The notes: a model not told the origin generated them from the letters alone. 35,523 bases of DNA from an uncultured Gammaproteobacteria bacterium (GCA_964566895.1 CAZMJP010000005.1:1-35523); one strand, 5' to 3'; positions 17,919 to 26,913 are shown, counted from the stretch's first letter. Numbers and translations are program-made.

Positions 17919-18971
17919 ATGGTTATCTTTTTATACGGCCCGGATACTTACTCTTCCAAACAAAAATTATCCAAGTTAAAACAAAAATTTTCCCAACAAA
18001 AAGATAAGCAGGGCTTAAATATCTCGGCCATTCAGGCGGGAGACTTGTCTGTTGATGAACTGCGTAAATTCGTTCTAACCGGCGGTCTTTTTGCTGAGAA
18101 AAGATTAATTATCATTGAAGGAATTCTGTCGAAAATTGAGACAACCCCCCGCCGGCAAACAAACGGGCAACAACCCTCAGAATCCCTTATCCAAGAGACG
18201 ATAAATATTTTAAAAAAATCCTCCGCCTATTTTGGGAAAAAAACGAAGGACAAAAATAATATTATTATTTTTTGGGACAGAGAAATTAAGCAGAAAGAAT
18301 TAACTAATTCTCAGCAAAAATTATACCAACTTCTGAAAAAAGAAAAGTATGCCCAAGAGTTTAAGCTTCTAAAACCCGACCAAATAAAAATCTGGATTAA
18401 AAAAGAAACTAAAAAACAGGGAATGGAAATTGAAGAAAAGTCGGTAAAATTTTTAATGGATATTTGCGGAAACGACCTCTGGACGCTTAAAAATGAATTG
18501 GATAAACTGGCTGCCGCCTCTTTTTCTCCCGACCTGCCCAAGAGAGAATCAGTTATTTATTTAGAAAATCTAAAAGATATTATTTTGTCTAAAACTGAAC
18601 AAAGCATCTGGCAATTAACAGACGCTTTGGGACGGAAAAACAAAGCCCTCTCCCTTAAACTCCTCTCCGACCAGCTCAGAAACGGAACAAGCGTTGATTA
18701 TCTAATCTCTATGTTAGCCCACCAATATCGAACTATTTTCCGAATCAAGTCTCATCTCGAGACCAATAGATTTTCCTCTCTTTATCAATTAGCCAACCAG
18801 CTCAATCTCCATCCATTTGTTTGTCAAAAAGTTCTGGAACAAGAAAAAAATTATACTTTAGGAGAATTAAAAAAAATCTATCAACGACTGTTAGAGATAG
18901 ATTTCTTGCGTAAAACCCGGCCGATCAACCCCGAGGTTTTATTAGACCTATTGATTGTCAAAAACCAATAA
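17919..18971 (+). CDS. holA: DNA polymerase III delta subunit
   Basis: MVIFLYGPD, LFAEKRLIII, GNDLWTLKNELDKL, IWQLTDAL, LHPFV. Confidence 0.9.
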   Translation: MVIFLYGPDTYSSKQKLSKLKQKFSQQKDKQGLNISAIQAGDLSVDELRKFVLTGGLFAEKRLIIIEGILSKIETTPRRQTNGQQPSESLIQETINILKKSSAYFGKKTKDKNNIIIFWDREIKQKELTNSQQKLYQLLKKEKYAQEFKLLKPDQIKIWIKKETKKQGMEIEEKSVKFLMDICGNDLWTLKNELDKLAAASFSPDLPKRESVIYLENLKDIILSKTEQSIWQLTDALGRKNKALSLKLLSDQLRNGTSVDYLISMLAHQYRTIFRIKSHLETNRFSSLYQLANQLNLHPFVCQKVLEQEKNYTLGELKKIYQRLLEIDFLRKTRPINPEVLLDLLIVKNQ

Positions 18972-19075
18972 AATAGAGTTAACCCGCGAACAGAGACGAA
19001 CCCCGCGAATAAAAAAATAATTTTATTAAAATATCCGCTGTCCCCGGACAAGGCTTGCCAGCAAAACCATTTAAA

Positions 19076-19339
19076 TTATTTCATTAAGTTAAGTTTTTTA
19101 GCTAAACGCGATTTTTGACGGCTGGCCGTATTCTTTTTAATAACCCCTTTCTGAAGAGCTTTATCCATCGCCTTTTGCAACTTTAAATAAAGGCCGCCGG
19201 CATTTTTTTTATTTTTGGCAGAGACTGCTTTTAAAAATTGACGTTTGAGCCAACTTATGTTTTGTTTGATTTTTGTATTTCGCTCTTGACGCTTTTTTGT
19301 TTGACGAAGCGCCTTGACCGCGGATTTCTTAATCGACAT
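19076..19339 (-). CDS. rpsT: 30S ribosomal protein S20
   Basis: KKSAVKALRQ..KR..RN, DKA..KGVIKKNTASRQKSRL. Confidence 0.96.
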   Translation of the reverse strand: MSIKKSAVKALRQTKKRQERNTKIKQNISWLKRQFLKAVSAKNKKNAGGLYLKLQKAMDKALQKGVIKKNTASRQKSRLAKKLNLMK

Positions 19340-19361
19340 ATAAAATTATTTCAACATTCTG

Positions 19362-19413
19362 ACATTTAAACATAAGAATTTTTGCCCTGCAAAAATTCTT
19401 TTCTCGTTTGCCG
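19362..19413. repeat. 52-bp dispersed repeat, copy 1 (contains a 12-bp perfect hairpin)
   Basis: 44/52 identical to 24885-24936; AAGAATTTTTGC-cct-GCAAAAATTCTT. Confidence 0.85.
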
Positions 19414-19487
19414 AGATTATAACTCGGCGAGACAAAGACAAAGAACGCTCGCTATCGCCCCGCAATATGTTCCCCCTGCTTTAATAA

Positions 19488-19808
19488 CTATAAAATGTCC
19501 TCCTCCTCTTTTTCAAGCATTTCCTCCTCATGGGCAATTAATTTATCCCATTTATCTCTTCCGTTAACCAGAATGTCTAATCTAGCTTTAAAATCCTCGT
19601 TAAATTCTTTGATTATTTTTGGGTTTTTTGTAAAAATCCGGCAGAGGTCATCAACCGCCTGTTCTGGTAAAACGGGCAAAAAAATAAGCAGGTCATTCTG
19701 ATCAGCTGGAGAAACCTGGGAAGTTGTAATAATCTCCCGTAATTTGTCCAATGCCTTACTCATATCTAAAATATCTTCGGGCTTAAATTTAAGCTCCGGC
19801 CATTTCAA
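19488..19808 (-). CDS. Hypothetical acidic helical protein
   Basis: 106-aa ORF (start may be at MSKAL, 19763); follows the 91-aa ORF. Confidence 0.65.
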   Translation of the reverse strand: MKWPELKFKPEDILDMSKALDKLREIITTSQVSPADQNDLLIFLPVLPEQAVDDLCRIFTKNPKIIKEFNEDFKARLDILVNGRDKWDKLIAHEEEMLEKEEEDIL

Positions 19809-20064
19809 TCATTTCTTTGGTGCGTTTCGGATTTTCTCGCAATGAATCCGCCCAATTCAAGGAATGAAAATAAGCCGAGGATAAATCCGTCTTGGTTGAA
19901 CCCAAAACACCCTCATTGCGGTGTTTCATCGTATTATAAAACAAAAGAGCCTCTTTCTCCGGATTCTCCCACTTAAGCATAAACGCTCGGGCAAATTCTT
20001 GCATGTCTCTCCCTGTTTCAACTTTTTTCTCCGGACGGGGGAAATTTTCAAACTTAAATGCCAT
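19789..20064 (-). CDS. Hypothetical protein
   Basis: 91-aa ORF with a consensus promoter upstream. Confidence 0.65.
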   Translation of the reverse strand: MAFKFENFPRPEKKVETGRDMQEFARAFMLKWENPEKEALLFYNTMKHRNEGVLGSTKTDLSSAYFHSLNWADSLRENPKRTKEMIEMAGA

Positions 20065-20106
20065 ATGGATAATATCTTATAAGTCCTCCGAATTATTTAC
20101 TCTTAT

Positions 20107-20134
20107 ATTATACAAGATTTTTAAAATCTGTCAA
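20107..20134 (-). promoter_or_regulatory. Consensus promoter with palindromic spacer
   Basis: TTGACA-16nt-TATAAT; AGATTTT-t-AAAATCT dyad at 20115-20129. Confidence 0.75.
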
Positions 20135-20265
20135 CCCCGTTAGAGATAGGTCTTTTGAAAACCGGACGAGTTTCGGAGAGAAACTCTATCTCTAATGGGG
20201 CAACTCCCCGAGCAAGAAACCCCTGTCTTCTGCCGCTTTTTTTAGAAAGCGGATTTCTAACGGGG
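20135..20265. repeat. Inverted-repeat element, copy B plus a degenerate tandem copy
   Basis: CCCCGTTAGAGATAG (20135-20149) with CTATCTCTAATGGGG (20186-20200); second right arm TTTCTAACGGGG (20254-20265) preceded by a CCGCTTT/AAAGCGG hairpin. Confidence 0.8.
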
Positions 20266-20459
20266 TCAGCCCCCTAACAAATTAATTATTTTGTGTTATA
20301 ATTTAGAAAAGACAGGTCAGATAAAAGTCGTCTTTCGCCTTCAATCTTATTATAATCATACCATCATCATAACACAACTCTTTGTTAAAACAATTGTGGA
20401 TAAATAATTGCCGATCTTTGGATCAAATCATAAATCTTAAATCATAAATTTTAAATTAA

Positions 20460-21029
20460 ATGATTTACTCTATCCAGGGGACAATCAGCCATAAAGACAA
20501 AAATTCTTTGATTATTGAAACTAATGGATTGGGATATCAAATTTTTGTCATTGGTTCATTATTTAAAAAAGTAAAAATCGGACAAACCCTCAAACTATTT
20601 ACTTACCTGTCTATAAAAGAAGAAACTATAGAATTATACGGCTTTGAAAAACAAGAAGAATTAAAATATTTTAAACTTTTAAAAACTGTCTCCGGCATCG
20701 GGTCAAAATCAGGAATGAATATACTCTCTCTGATTCATTGGCCGGATTTAGAAAGGGCTATTGTGAATGAAAATGTGTCTATTTTAACCAAGATTTCCGG
20801 TATCGGCGCAAAAATCGCCCAAAAAATCATCCTTGAACTTAAGGGGAAAATCGAAGAGACTGTTTCTAAAGCATCAGAGTTAGAAAATGATGACTTGGTA
20901 ATCGACGGTTTAGTTAATTTGGGATATACCTTAGCCCAAGCGCGGGAAGCGACAAAACAAATTCCGCCGGATATTTTGGAAATAAAAAAAAGAATTAAAC
21001 AGGCCCTGAAAATCTTATCTAATAGATAA
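20460..21029 (+). CDS. ruvA: Holliday junction branch migration protein RuvA
   Basis: IETNGLGY, LYGF, VSGIG, ISGIGAKIAQKIILELKGK, LVNLGY. Confidence 0.96.
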   Translation: MIYSIQGTISHKDKNSLIIETNGLGYQIFVIGSLFKKVKIGQTLKLFTYLSIKEETIELYGFEKQEELKYFKLLKTVSGIGSKSGMNILSLIHWPDLERAIVNENVSILTKISGIGAKIAQKIILELKGKIEETVSKASELENDDLVIDGLVNLGYTLAQAREATKQIPPDILEIKKRIKQALKILSNR

Positions 21030-21047
21030 AATCTTAATAACAAAATT

Positions 21048-21398
21048 CTAAATTCTTGTTTTTTCCACCGCCTTCGGTTTCTCGGTTGAGCCAATTTTTA
21101 ATATCTTCACTTTTGTGTACAACTGCCGATACCCCCGCTTTTTATGATAGCGGGTTTTTGGTTTATATTTGACTATCCACACTTTTTTGCCCTTTTCCTG
21201 GGCGACAATCTCCGCTTCAACATTGACTTTGAGAGTCGGCCGGCCGATTTCCGCCTTTTTGTCGTCAAAACTCAAAAGAACATCTTTAAAAGATATTTTG
21301 TCACCAACTTTCTTGTTTAATTTTTCAATCCGAAACACATCTCCTTTTTTAACCAGATATTGCTTGCCTCCGGTTTTAATAACAGCAAATGAAATCAT
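21048..21398 (-). CDS. rplU: 50S ribosomal protein L21
   Basis: AVIKTGGKQYLV, IGRP, KYKPK..Y.KKRGYRQLYT. Confidence 0.97.
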   Translation of the reverse strand: MISFAVIKTGGKQYLVKKGDVFRIEKLNKKVGDKISFKDVLLSFDDKKAEIGRPTLKVNVEAEIVAQEKGKKVWIVKYKPKTRYHKKRGYRQLYTKVKILKIGSTEKPKAVEKTRI

Positions 21399-21423
21399 AA
21401 GTTTATTCGTTATTTTTTCCCTA

Positions 21424-21451
21424 ATTATACCAAATTAAAAAAATTTCTCAA
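21424..21451 (-). promoter_or_regulatory. rplU promoter
   Basis: TTGAGA, 16-nt spacer ending TGg, TATAAT. Confidence 0.7.
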
Positions 21452-21469
21452 TAACAAGTAGAAACAAAT

Positions 21470-22117
21470 TTATCTCTTTTCCGCGTCGTTTTTTATCATT
21501 TTCACAAGTTCCGGGAAACTAGATATTCTAAAATGCCCATTCTTGCTTTTATAAATTATGATCTTCGCTTTTTCCAACCTTTCTCCGTATTTTTTCGCAT
21601 CCGCCACCGGAACTATATCGTCGTCTTTTGAAAACAGCAAAACAAGTCGCGGAGAATTTTTTTCAAGCAACGACAACTTCCGCCTAAGTTTAAATCCTCC
21701 GGCCGAACCTCGACCGGGCAATGTTTCGTCAAACGGCGGACAAATCAAATAAGTGGAAAGTATCTTTTTGGGAAACTTATTCTCGGACAAATACTTCGCC
21801 AAAAAAATTCCGCCCAATGAAATTCCAATGAGAACAAGGCGATTTTTTAAAAAAGAAAAATGTTTTTCAAAATGAATTTTCCAATCGCCATATCTCGCAT
21901 TATCATTTGAAGGCATCTGCGGTCTGATAATCTCAAAATTTCTGCCCATTTTTCTGTCCAAATAGTCGTTTTGCCATTCTACCCTCCTCTTAAGGTAAAT
22001 CTTCCTCGTTCTTAAAAAGCGCAAATAATCTTTTCTGTTTTTAGAGACCATTCCTCCGTGAATTATAAATATCTGAATTTTGCCTTTCATCATAACTAAA
22101 CTTTCTAAATTCTTCAT
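21470..22117 (-). CDS. Alpha/beta hydrolase (RBBP9/YdeN-like)
   Basis: IIHGG, GISLG nucleophile elbow, SKDDDIVP, GHF. Confidence 0.85.
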   Translation of the reverse strand: MKNLESLVMMKGKIQIFIIHGGMVSKNRKDYLRFLRTRKIYLKRRVEWQNDYLDRKMGRNFEIIRPQMPSNDNARYGDWKIHFEKHFSFLKNRLVLIGISLGGIFLAKYLSENKFPKKILSTYLICPPFDETLPGRGSAGGFKLRRKLSLLEKNSPRLVLLFSKDDDIVPVADAKKYGERLEKAKIIIYKSKNGHFRISSFPELVKMIKNDAEKR

Positions 22118-24853
22118 TTAAATCTTCCTGGCTTTTTCCACTCTGATTTGCCCGCCTTTTTCCAAAACCACCACGTCCCGCCGTTCAAGTTTGCCGGTCA
22201 AAAGAAATTTGGCTAAAACATCGCTGACCCGATTCTGAATCGCTCGGTTTAAGGGACGGGCGCCAAAAAGCGGGTCAAATCCCGCTTCAGCGATTTCAAT
22301 AATCGCCTCTTCAGTCAACTTTAAAATAATACCTTTTTGCTCCAATTGTTTAACTAATTTATTTAAAAGTAACTTGGTAATTTGTCTTATTTCCTCTTTC
22401 CCTAACGGCTTAAAAACAATCACTCCGTCAAAACGATTTAAAAACTCGGGGCGAAAATACGGTTTTAATTTCTCCCGAATTAAAACCTCAGTAATTACCT
22501 CAATCGACGTTCCTTTGGTAATTTCCTCTTGAATAAATTGGGTTCCGGCATTAGAAGTGCCAATCAGGATAATATTGGTAAAATCAATAGTCCGCCCCAA
22601 AGCATCGGTTAAACGACCGTCATCCATCACCTGAAGAAAAACATTTAAGATGTCGGGGTTGGCTTTTTCAATCTCATCAAGCAAGAGTAATGAAGAAGGA
22701 TTTAAACGCACCGCCTCGGTCAATTGGCCGCCTTTTTCACCTCCCGGAGTGCCAATCAAACGATTAATACTCGCCTTTTCCTGATATTCGCTCATATCCA
22801 AACGGATCATTCTGTCTTCTCGGCCAAAATAAACTTCGGCCACTGTTTTAGCCAGTTCTGTTTTACCAACTCCGGTTGGCCCTAAAAAAAGCAAATTAAC
22901 AATCGGCCTTTTAGCACTACGCAACTCTGTCCTCCCTCGTCGCAAAGCCGCGGCGACCATATCAACCGCCTCATTTTGGTCAACTAAACGTTGATGAATC
23001 TGCTCCTCGAGATTAAGCAATTTTTCTGACTCTTTTTCCGTAATTTTAGTCACTGGAATTTTAGTTTTTTCAGCCACTAATTTAGCCACATCCTCGGCCT
23101 GAACAACGGTCCGCTCTCCTCGCTCACTTTTAACCGCGATAGCCACCTCTTTTAGAAGACTAATCGCCTTTTCCGGTAAAAACCGCTCATGCAAATACCG
23201 AATTGACAAATCCACAACCCGGTCAAGAGCGCTGTAAGAAAAATATACTTTCTCTCTCCCTTCAATCAAAGCTGTGTGGGCTTGTAAAATTTGAATAGTC
23301 GCGTTTTTGTCCGGTTCTTCAATATTTACTCTCTGGCAAACCTCTCCTAAAATTTGTCCATCAATTAATCGCCGATATTCAGAAGGATTGGAGGTAGCTA
23401 AGGTTAAAAAAAGTTTGCCTTCCAAGGCGTCGGCTAAAATTTTAGAAACATCAAGCTCGCCTTCGGTTGTTTTGACTCCGCTCATATTATGAATGTCTTT
23501 GACAAAAAGAATAATATTCCCGGACCTGACGATTTCATTAATAATAATTTGCAACCTTTCTTCAATTTCGCCTGGACGAGAAGCGCCGGCAATCAAACTG
23601 GGAAGATCTAAACCAACAAACCTTTTATCTTGTAAAAATTTTGGCACGTCTTCCGCAACCATTCTCCGGGCTAACCCTTGAATAATCGTCTTCTTACCAA
23701 CTCCGGGCTCACCAACCAAAATAACACTTTGCCGACCGCCTTCGGCAATCCTTAATATCTCTTGAATTTCCTTTTCCCGATTTATGCAAAAACCGAAATA
23801 TCCACCCCGGGCTAATTGAGTCAAATCCTGACTATAAGCGTCAAGATACGGGGTAGCCGTCGCCGTATAAGCTCGGTTAATCGGCCCTTTGGGTTTAAAT
23901 CGGGCCTGGCCAGCAAAACGGTACTGCTCTTGCCTTAATTGATTATAAACATCTATCCAGAGGCAGACGTTTTTTACCTGGACAGGCTCTATCTCTAAAT
24001 CATAAAAAATCTCTTTAACCGGCCCTTCAAAACTAACAACAGATTCTAAAATCTCCAAAGGAGACAAAGCTAAACGGTTTTTTACTCCGGCTAAATTATA
24101 AGCCTGCAAAAGAGCTTTTTTGGTCTCTAATGAATAAACAATTTCCCCCCCGTCTTTAGCGACCGGGAGGTCAACCAAGGCCCTGGCTACTTTGCTTTGC
24201 AGAACTTTCCGGTTTAATCCTAAACGACCTATAACCAAGACAATGTCATTAATTTCTAAACCGGCGGCCAAGATATGAATTGACTCTATTTTCTGATGCT
24301 TAAGCCTTTTAGATAAATTCCAGGCTTTCTGCATTAACCTAATTGCCTGACGAGAGAAAGCGCTAGCAACATCTATCTTAAACCTTTTTGGCAAACGATG
24401 GATTTCCGCCCAGGTATCGGGTTGATTAGCGGCCTCTCGGCTGGATTTAGGCCAGCTTTTCTGTTGGCTCTCCCGATTATGCTCAATAAAATAGAATAAG
24501 TACGAATCAAATAAAACCGACAACCAGAAAAATAAAACCAAGCTTTTCTGGTCCAAATTCAGCCAAACAAAATAATTTTTTAAAAAATCCAGAGAAAGGT
24601 TGGGCAGATCAATTATTATTTTTAATAAGCAAAGCAATCCCCCTAAGCCAAACAGAACTAATAAAATATTGATAATGGCTCTAAAAAACCTTTTTATTTT
24701 AAAAGTAATTATTTCGTTCCGGCCTAATAGCTTATCTGAAAGTAAAACATAACCGCCAAACCAAGAATAAACCCCCCGACCAGAACAAGTCTTACAAACC
24801 TTGTGGTCAAAACTCCCTTCTCCGTTACATTGTGGGCAAAGAATAAAATCCAT
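22118..24853 (-). CDS. Clp/Hsp100 AAA+ ATPase with N-terminal CxxCxGxG Zn finger and two TM helices
   Basis: Clp N-domain repeats, GEPGVGKK (NBD1), GPTGVGKT, RLDMSEY, LLDEIEKA, FRPEFLNR, GARPL (NBD2). Confidence 0.9.
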   Translation of the reverse strand: MDFILCPQCNGEGSFDHKVCKTCSGRGVYSWFGGYVLLSDKLLGRNEIITFKIKRFFRAIINILLVLFGLGGLLCLLKIIIDLPNLSLDFLKNYFVWLNLDQKSLVLFFWLSVLFDSYLFYFIEHNRESQQKSWPKSSREAANQPDTWAEIHRLPKRFKIDVASAFSRQAIRLMQKAWNLSKRLKHQKIESIHILAAGLEINDIVLVIGRLGLNRKVLQSKVARALVDLPVAKDGGEIVYSLETKKALLQAYNLAGVKNRLALSPLEILESVVSFEGPVKEIFYDLEIEPVQVKNVCLWIDVYNQLRQEQYRFAGQARFKPKGPINRAYTATATPYLDAYSQDLTQLARGGYFGFCINREKEIQEILRIAEGGRQSVILVGEPGVGKKTIIQGLARRMVAEDVPKFLQDKRFVGLDLPSLIAGASRPGEIEERLQIIINEIVRSGNIILFVKDIHNMSGVKTTEGELDVSKILADALEGKLFLTLATSNPSEYRRLIDGQILGEVCQRVNIEEPDKNATIQILQAHTALIEGREKVYFSYSALDRVVDLSIRYLHERFLPEKAISLLKEVAIAVKSERGERTVVQAEDVAKLVAEKTKIPVTKITEKESEKLLNLEEQIHQRLVDQNEAVDMVAAALRRGRTELRSAKRPIVNLLFLGPTGVGKTELAKTVAEVYFGREDRMIRLDMSEYQEKASINRLIGTPGGEKGGQLTEAVRLNPSSLLLLDEIEKANPDILNVFLQVMDDGRLTDALGRTIDFTNIILIGTSNAGTQFIQEEITKGTSIEVITEVLIREKLKPYFRPEFLNRFDGVIVFKPLGKEEIRQITKLLLNKLVKQLEQKGIILKLTEEAIIEIAEAGFDPLFGARPLNRAIQNRVSDVLAKFLLTGKLERRDVVVLEKGGQIRVEKARKI

Positions 24854-24884
24854 AACAATTTATTTTAGTATTAGAATGTCTTTA

Positions 24885-24936
24885 ACATTTGAACATAAGA
24901 ATTTTTGCCCCGTGGGAATCCTTTTCTTGTTTGCCG
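24885..24936. repeat. 52-bp dispersed repeat, copy 2
   Basis: 44/52 identical to 19362-19413. Confidence 0.85.
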
Positions 24937-24951
24937 TAGGCGGAAAATGTT

Positions 24952-25335
24952 CTAATATCCAATTAAAATAATAATTTGCCAAACCGCCACAATAGGCAGG
25001 GCGAGCCAAAGAATAAAAAATAGCACCCGACCGGCCATCCCTAAACAAAATAAAAAAAGGCGCCAGAACAAAAGAATCAGACGCATAAAAAAACTGATGA
25101 TTCTTCCTGTTTTTGAACGCTCGCCGAACATTGGCTTAAAAAGATATTTAAACATTATACCTAGGGCGAGATTACGGGCCGACACCTTGCTCCCTTGAAT
25201 AAAACCGAGAAACCTCTTTTTCAAACCTTGGGTATACCACCAGAGAGGAAAATACAAAATATTTATTAGAGCGTCCAAAAATATAGATTTAACCAGGGTA
25301 GCAACTAAAGCCATAATATAAAAAATAAAAGACAT
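24952..25335 (-). CDS. Hypothetical membrane protein
   Basis: 127 aa, YFPLWWY motif, hydrophobic C-terminus; between yidC and the Clp ATPase. Confidence 0.8.
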   Translation of the reverse strand: MSFIFYIMALVATLVKSIFLDALINILYFPLWWYTQGLKKRFLGFIQGSKVSARNLALGIMFKYLFKPMFGERSKTGRIISFFMRLILLFWRLFLFCLGMAGRVLFFILWLALPIVAVWQIIILIGY

Positions 25336-25342
25336 TTAGACT

Positions 25343-26107
25343 TTAAGTTTTTATCTTTTTAATTTCTCCATTTTTTAAAAACCGTTTAAAAAACGACAGG
25401 CGGCCAAACGTAACTTCTTGCTCCAAAATGCTGATTAAAAGACTAGCTAGCCAATAAAGCATCAAGCCGCTGGGCAAACTTAAACCAATAAAAAACGTCA
25501 TGGCGGGCATTATAAATTTCATTTGTTTATTCATCATTGACATCATATTCTCGTCCTTAGCTACGTCTTTTTTAATAAATTCCTGAGGGGGCTTATGCAC
25601 GGCCAGCATTTTGGTCTGAAGATATTGGCAAAAAGCGGTTATCAAGGCCAGAAAGATATTTGGTTTGGCTAAATTTAGAAAACCAAAAGCCAGGACTTTT
25701 AAAGTGCCTGGGTTGGAGATAAAAGAGTACACTGGCAAAACACTCTCAGTCAAACCAACCCTAAAAACCTGAAAAACGGCGATTAAAATAGGCAGTTGAA
25801 TTAACAAGGGCAAACAAGAAGAAAAAGGATTAATCTTATTTTCTTTATAAAAATCCATTATGGCTTTAGACTGCTTTTCTTTGTCATGAGCGTATTTCGC
25901 TTTGATCGCATCTAATTTCGGTTGAATACCCTGAAGCGACTTTTGAGCTTTGATGCTTTGCCGCGAAAGCGGGTAGAGCAATAATTTAACCAAAACCGTC
26001 AATAAAATAATAGCCACGCCCAAATCATGACCGGGGACAATATTATAGAATAATATCAAAAGGTTTAGCAGCGGCTCATATAAAATGATTTTAAAAAATC
26101 CAATCAT
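25343..26107 (-). CDS. yidC: Membrane protein insertase YidC/Oxa1
   Basis: GVAIILLT..VKLLLYPL, INPFSSCLPLLIQLP, LPSGLMLYW; start uncertain (26107, 26113 or 26116). Confidence 0.95.
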   Translation of the reverse strand: MIGFFKIILYEPLLNLLILFYNIVPGHDLGVAIILLTVLVKLLLYPLSRQSIKAQKSLQGIQPKLDAIKAKYAHDKEKQSKAIMDFYKENKINPFSSCLPLLIQLPILIAVFQVFRVGLTESVLPVYSFISNPGTLKVLAFGFLNLAKPNIFLALITAFCQYLQTKMLAVHKPPQEFIKKDVAKDENMMSMMNKQMKFIMPAMTFFIGLSLPSGLMLYWLASLLISILEQEVTFGRLSFFKRFLKNGEIKKIKT

Positions 26108-26179
26108 ATACATCACTACGTTTATCCACCAGCTGGCGGATTAAAATTTAGTTTAAGGTTTATAGTTTAAATACTCGGC

Positions 26180-26437
26180 TTACGGTTCGTCCCAACCGCC
26201 GCGCGACCAAGGATGGCATCGCAAAATGCGACCCAAAACCTTGAAGCCGCCCTTTAAAAGACCGTATTTAGCAATGGCTTGATAAGCATATTCCGAACAG
26301 GTCGGTCTGAATTTACAAACTCCAGGCCAGGGATGAAAAAGAGAAAGGGGTCCATGGTCCGGCGAAAGCGTTTTTTGATACAAACGAATCAATTTTAAAA
26401 CTGAAAGTCTAAACAAAATAAATAAATTTTTAACCAT
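26180..26437 (-). CDS. yidD: Membrane protein insertion efficiency factor YidD
   Basis: YQKTLSP, CKFRPTCSEY, RILRCHPW..GG.D. Confidence 0.96.
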   Translation of the reverse strand: MVKNLFILFRLSVLKLIRLYQKTLSPDHGPLSLFHPWPGVCKFRPTCSEYAYQAIAKYGLLKGGFKVLGRILRCHPWSRGGWDEP

Positions 26438-26477
26438 AAACTCTTTCCAAGTACGCCGAAGATAAATAGATAAGTTA

Positions 26478-26825
26478 TTAAGGACCGATAACTAAATCGT
26501 TTCTCTTTAAAATATTCAGTAATTTATTTTTTATCTCCCGGTAGTTTGACTCTTTTATCCCTGCCTTGGTTAAAATTAAAAAATCATAGCCTTTAACAAT
26601 CTGAGATAAATTCTCTTTTAAGATTGCCCTGATAACTCTTTTGACGCGATTGCGGACAACCGCCCTTTTATCAACTTTTAAAGAAACAACAATGCCAAAG
26701 CGGGAGTAGGGCAGATTATTTTTAATCCATTTAAATCCCAAGTCTCGGACAAAAGCCGCTTGTCCTCGGCGAGCCAATTTGGCAAAATCCTTATTTTTAC
26801 TTAAACGATAACGTTTTGCCAACAT
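26478..26825 (-). CDS. rnpA: Ribonuclease P protein component
   Basis: RL.K.KDF, RFGIVVS, AVVRNRVKR (RNR motif); ATG 26825 preferred. Confidence 0.95.
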   Translation of the reverse strand: MLAKRYRLSKNKDFAKLARRGQAAFVRDLGFKWIKNNLPYSRFGIVVSLKVDKRAVVRNRVKRVIRAILKENLSQIVKGYDFLILTKAGIKESNYREIKNKLLNILKRNDLVIGP

Positions 26826-26913
26826 AAACATCGTTCCGCTCAAATTTCGTTTAGAGTTTCGAATTTAGGACCTAAAATTTGCTGTCTAAATTTTAAGAAA
26901 TTCAAGCAGATTA

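Noticed and set aside
19362-19413. c-di-GMP-I riboswitch (GGCAAA...GCAAA on the minus strand)
   Set aside because: Lacks the GNRA-capped P2 and the receptor-containing P3 arrangement.
20270-20460. Replication origin
   Set aside because: AT-rich, but only one DnaA box and no dnaA or dnaN nearby.
24860-25048. 62-aa minus-strand ORF
   Set aside because: Out-of-frame overlap with the 127-aa gene, running through a non-coding repeat.
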